Program-made: the position numbers and the translations under genes | The notes under the pieces: model-generated | Databases searched by the model: none | What the model saw: the letters and a program-made list of their open reading frames with translations, nothing else | What the model was told of the DNA's origin: nothing | Assembly: GCF_001457615.1 (NCBI RefSeq) | Contig: NZ_LN831024.1 | Location: 1,980,001-2,012,000, forward strand | Source: Pseudomonas aeruginosa | GTDB lineage: Bacteria > Pseudomonadota > Gammaproteobacteria > Pseudomonadales > Pseudomonadaceae | Direction of reading: 5' to 3' | Length of the DNA stretch: 32,000 bases | Shown here: positions 30,571-32,000 of the stretch, piece after piece | Layout of the letters: every line of letters starts with the position of its first letter | Numbering within the stretch: position 1 is the first letter of the stretch

Positions 30571-30657
30571 ATGGACGACTACCAGGAAGAACTGCTGGAG
30601 CAGCATGCCGCCGAATGCGATCTGCCAGAGCCGGCGGACGATGCCACCGAGATGTGA
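30571..30657 (+). CDS. Possible small acidic protein, 28 aa
   Basis: ATG...TGA ORF encoding MDDYQEELLEQHAAECDLPEPADDATEM. Purine-rich GAAGGTG upstream. Ends 1 nt before the convergent AraC-type gene. Confidence 0.35.
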   Translation: MDDYQEELLEQHAAECDLPEPADDATEM

Positions 30658-31695
30658 TCATGCGCTCTGTCGCTGGGCGCGGCGGAATTCGCCGGGCGTC
30701 TGCCCGCTCCAGCGCTTGAAGGCGCGCTGGAAGGCTTCCGCCGAGGCGAAGCCGAGCAGGTAGGCGATTTCGCCGAAAGCCAGGTCGGTCTCGCGGATGT
30801 AGACCATCGCCAGGTCGCGGCGGGTGTCGTTGAGGATGCTGCGGAACTGGGTGCCTTCCTCGGCCAGCTTGCGCCGCAGGGTCCAGGTCGGCAACTTGAG
30901 GCGCGCGGCGATTTCCTCGAGGTCCGGTTCGCGACCATTGAGCATCGGCCCCAGCAGGCGGCTGACGCGCTCGCGCCAACTGCGGGTGCGGGTCAACTGC
31001 TCCAGTTCGCGGTTGCAGAGTTCCAGCATCTGGTTCCAGGTGCTCGGACAGTGCTCGGCATTCGCCAGGGCCAGGCTGGCCTGGCTCAGGCGCAACTGGT
31101 TGGTCGGCGCGCCGAATTCCACCGGGCAGCCGAAGAATGCCTCGTAGCGCTCGGCCCAAGGCGGCGCTGGATATTCGATCTCCACCCGCTCCGCTTTCAA
31201 CGGCTGCCTTGCCAGGGCGCCGAGATGGCTGATCCAGCCTGCCAGCACCGAATCGACGACGAAGCGGTTATAGGCGTTGTAAGGGCTGATCGAATAGAAG
31301 CGCAGCCAGGCGCCGCCGGCGTCTTCCACCAGGCTCGACTGGCCCCGGTAGTTCTGCGCGTAAAGCGGTTCCAGGTGGATCATTGCCCGCGCGGCGGCGC
31401 GCAGGTTGGGCGCCTGGGCGACGCTGACGCCGGCCAGGCCCATCTGTCCGAGACGGCTCAGGCGGCCCATCTGCAGGCCGAGGGCGGGGTCGCCGCTGAG
31501 CTGTATGGCGGCATGGCCGAGGCGCATGTAGCGAGGGATCGACAGGCGCGCCCCGGGTTCGGCCAGGCGCCGCTGGTCGAGGCCGTACTGCTCGAGCAGT
31601 GGTGCGGGCTCGACGCCGGCGGCGAGCAGGGCGTCGGCCAGCGCCTGGACGAAGCCGACCGAGAGGTCGCCGAGGCGAACCCGGGGCGCGCTCAT
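30658..31695 (-). CDS. AraC-family transcriptional regulator
   Basis: 345-aa protein MSAPRVRLGDLSVGFVQALADALLAAGVEPAPLLEQYGL..., C-terminal AraC HTH (LAFGEIAYLLGFASAEAFQRAFKRWSGQTPGEFRR). The longer start at 31794 overlaps the upstream gene. Confidence 0.92.
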   Translation of the reverse strand: MSAPRVRLGDLSVGFVQALADALLAAGVEPAPLLEQYGLDQRRLAEPGARLSIPRYMRLGHAAIQLSGDPALGLQMGRLSRLGQMGLAGVSVAQAPNLRAAARAMIHLEPLYAQNYRGQSSLVEDAGGAWLRFYSISPYNAYNRFVVDSVLAGWISHLGALARQPLKAERVEIEYPAPPWAERYEAFFGCPVEFGAPTNQLRLSQASLALANAEHCPSTWNQMLELCNRELEQLTRTRSWRERVSRLLGPMLNGREPDLEEIAARLKLPTWTLRRKLAEEGTQFRSILNDTRRDLAMVYIRETDLAFGEIAYLLGFASAEAFQRAFKRWSGQTPGEFRRAQRQSA

Positions 31696-32000
31696 AGCCA
31701 GAGATTGACCAGTTGCGCACCGCCGCCGGGATTGGCCTGGCGCATGCCCTGCGACGAACCGAGCAGGCTTTGGCCGTCTTCGGTGACGTTCCACAGGCGG
31801 CTATGGGCGAAGGCCACGGCGGCGCCGCGCGCACCGCTGGCCAGCAGGCGCTCGCCGACCGCCAGGCGCTGCCAGGCCTCGGCGTTGCTCAGGCTGTTCG
31901 GCGCCAGGCGTACGTCGCCGGGAACCAGCTCCGCATCGAAGCCGGGCCAGGGCTGCTGCCAGCGACCGCTCTGGTTCAGGGCGGCGGGGATCGCCAGCAG
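31692..32000 (-). CDS. 3' end of a hypothetical protein gene, truncated by the window edge
   Basis: Open frame to position 32000, C-terminus ...SNAEAWQRLAVGERLLASGARGAAVAFAHSRLWNVTEDGQSLLGSSQGMRQANPGGGAQLVNLWL*. The stop overlaps the AraC-type gene start by ATGA. Confidence 0.75.
   Translation of the reverse strand: MLAIPAALNQSGRWQQPWPGFDAELVPGDVRLAPNSLSNAEAWQRLAVGERLLASGARGAAVAFAHSRLWNVTEDGQSLLGSSQGMRQANPGGGAQLVNLWL

Overview
This 32 kb window is GC-rich chromosomal DNA that matches the core genome of Pseudomonas aeruginosa or a very close relative. That assignment rests on recognising the proteins and gene order; no database search was run. From left to right it holds: a LysR-type regulator (-) divergent from leuC-leuD; a SAM-dependent methyltransferase; leuB; asd; an asd-like paralog; fimV; truA; trpF; accD-folC; a SPOR-domain protein; a cvpA-like gene; purF; metZ; a short-chain dehydrogenase; the complete xcp type II secretion locus (xcpP-xcpQ on -, divergent from xcpR-S-T-U-V-W-X-Y-Z on +); a tRNA-Val and two identical tRNA-Asp genes; an AraC-family regulator (-); and a partial gene (-) at the right edge. 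I found no mobile element, CRISPR array, prophage or convincing new multi-gene system. The more interesting signals are regulatory or annotation-level. (1) A 29-bp dyad in the LysR/leuC intergenic region sits about 65 bp upstream of the start predicted from a good sigma70-like promoter. (2) A symmetric lux/las-type box (ACCT-N12-AGGT) lies upstream of xcpP and is compatible with a promoter inside the annotated xcpP start, plus a better RBS/TTG start. (3) The xcpP/xcpR intergenic region has dyads and a near-perfect 14-nt direct repeat. (4) A strong intrinsic terminator separates leuCD from the methyltransferase. (5) The asd paralog has apparently lost active-site residues. (6) A possible 28-codon small ORF ends immediately before the stop codon of the convergent AraC-type gene.
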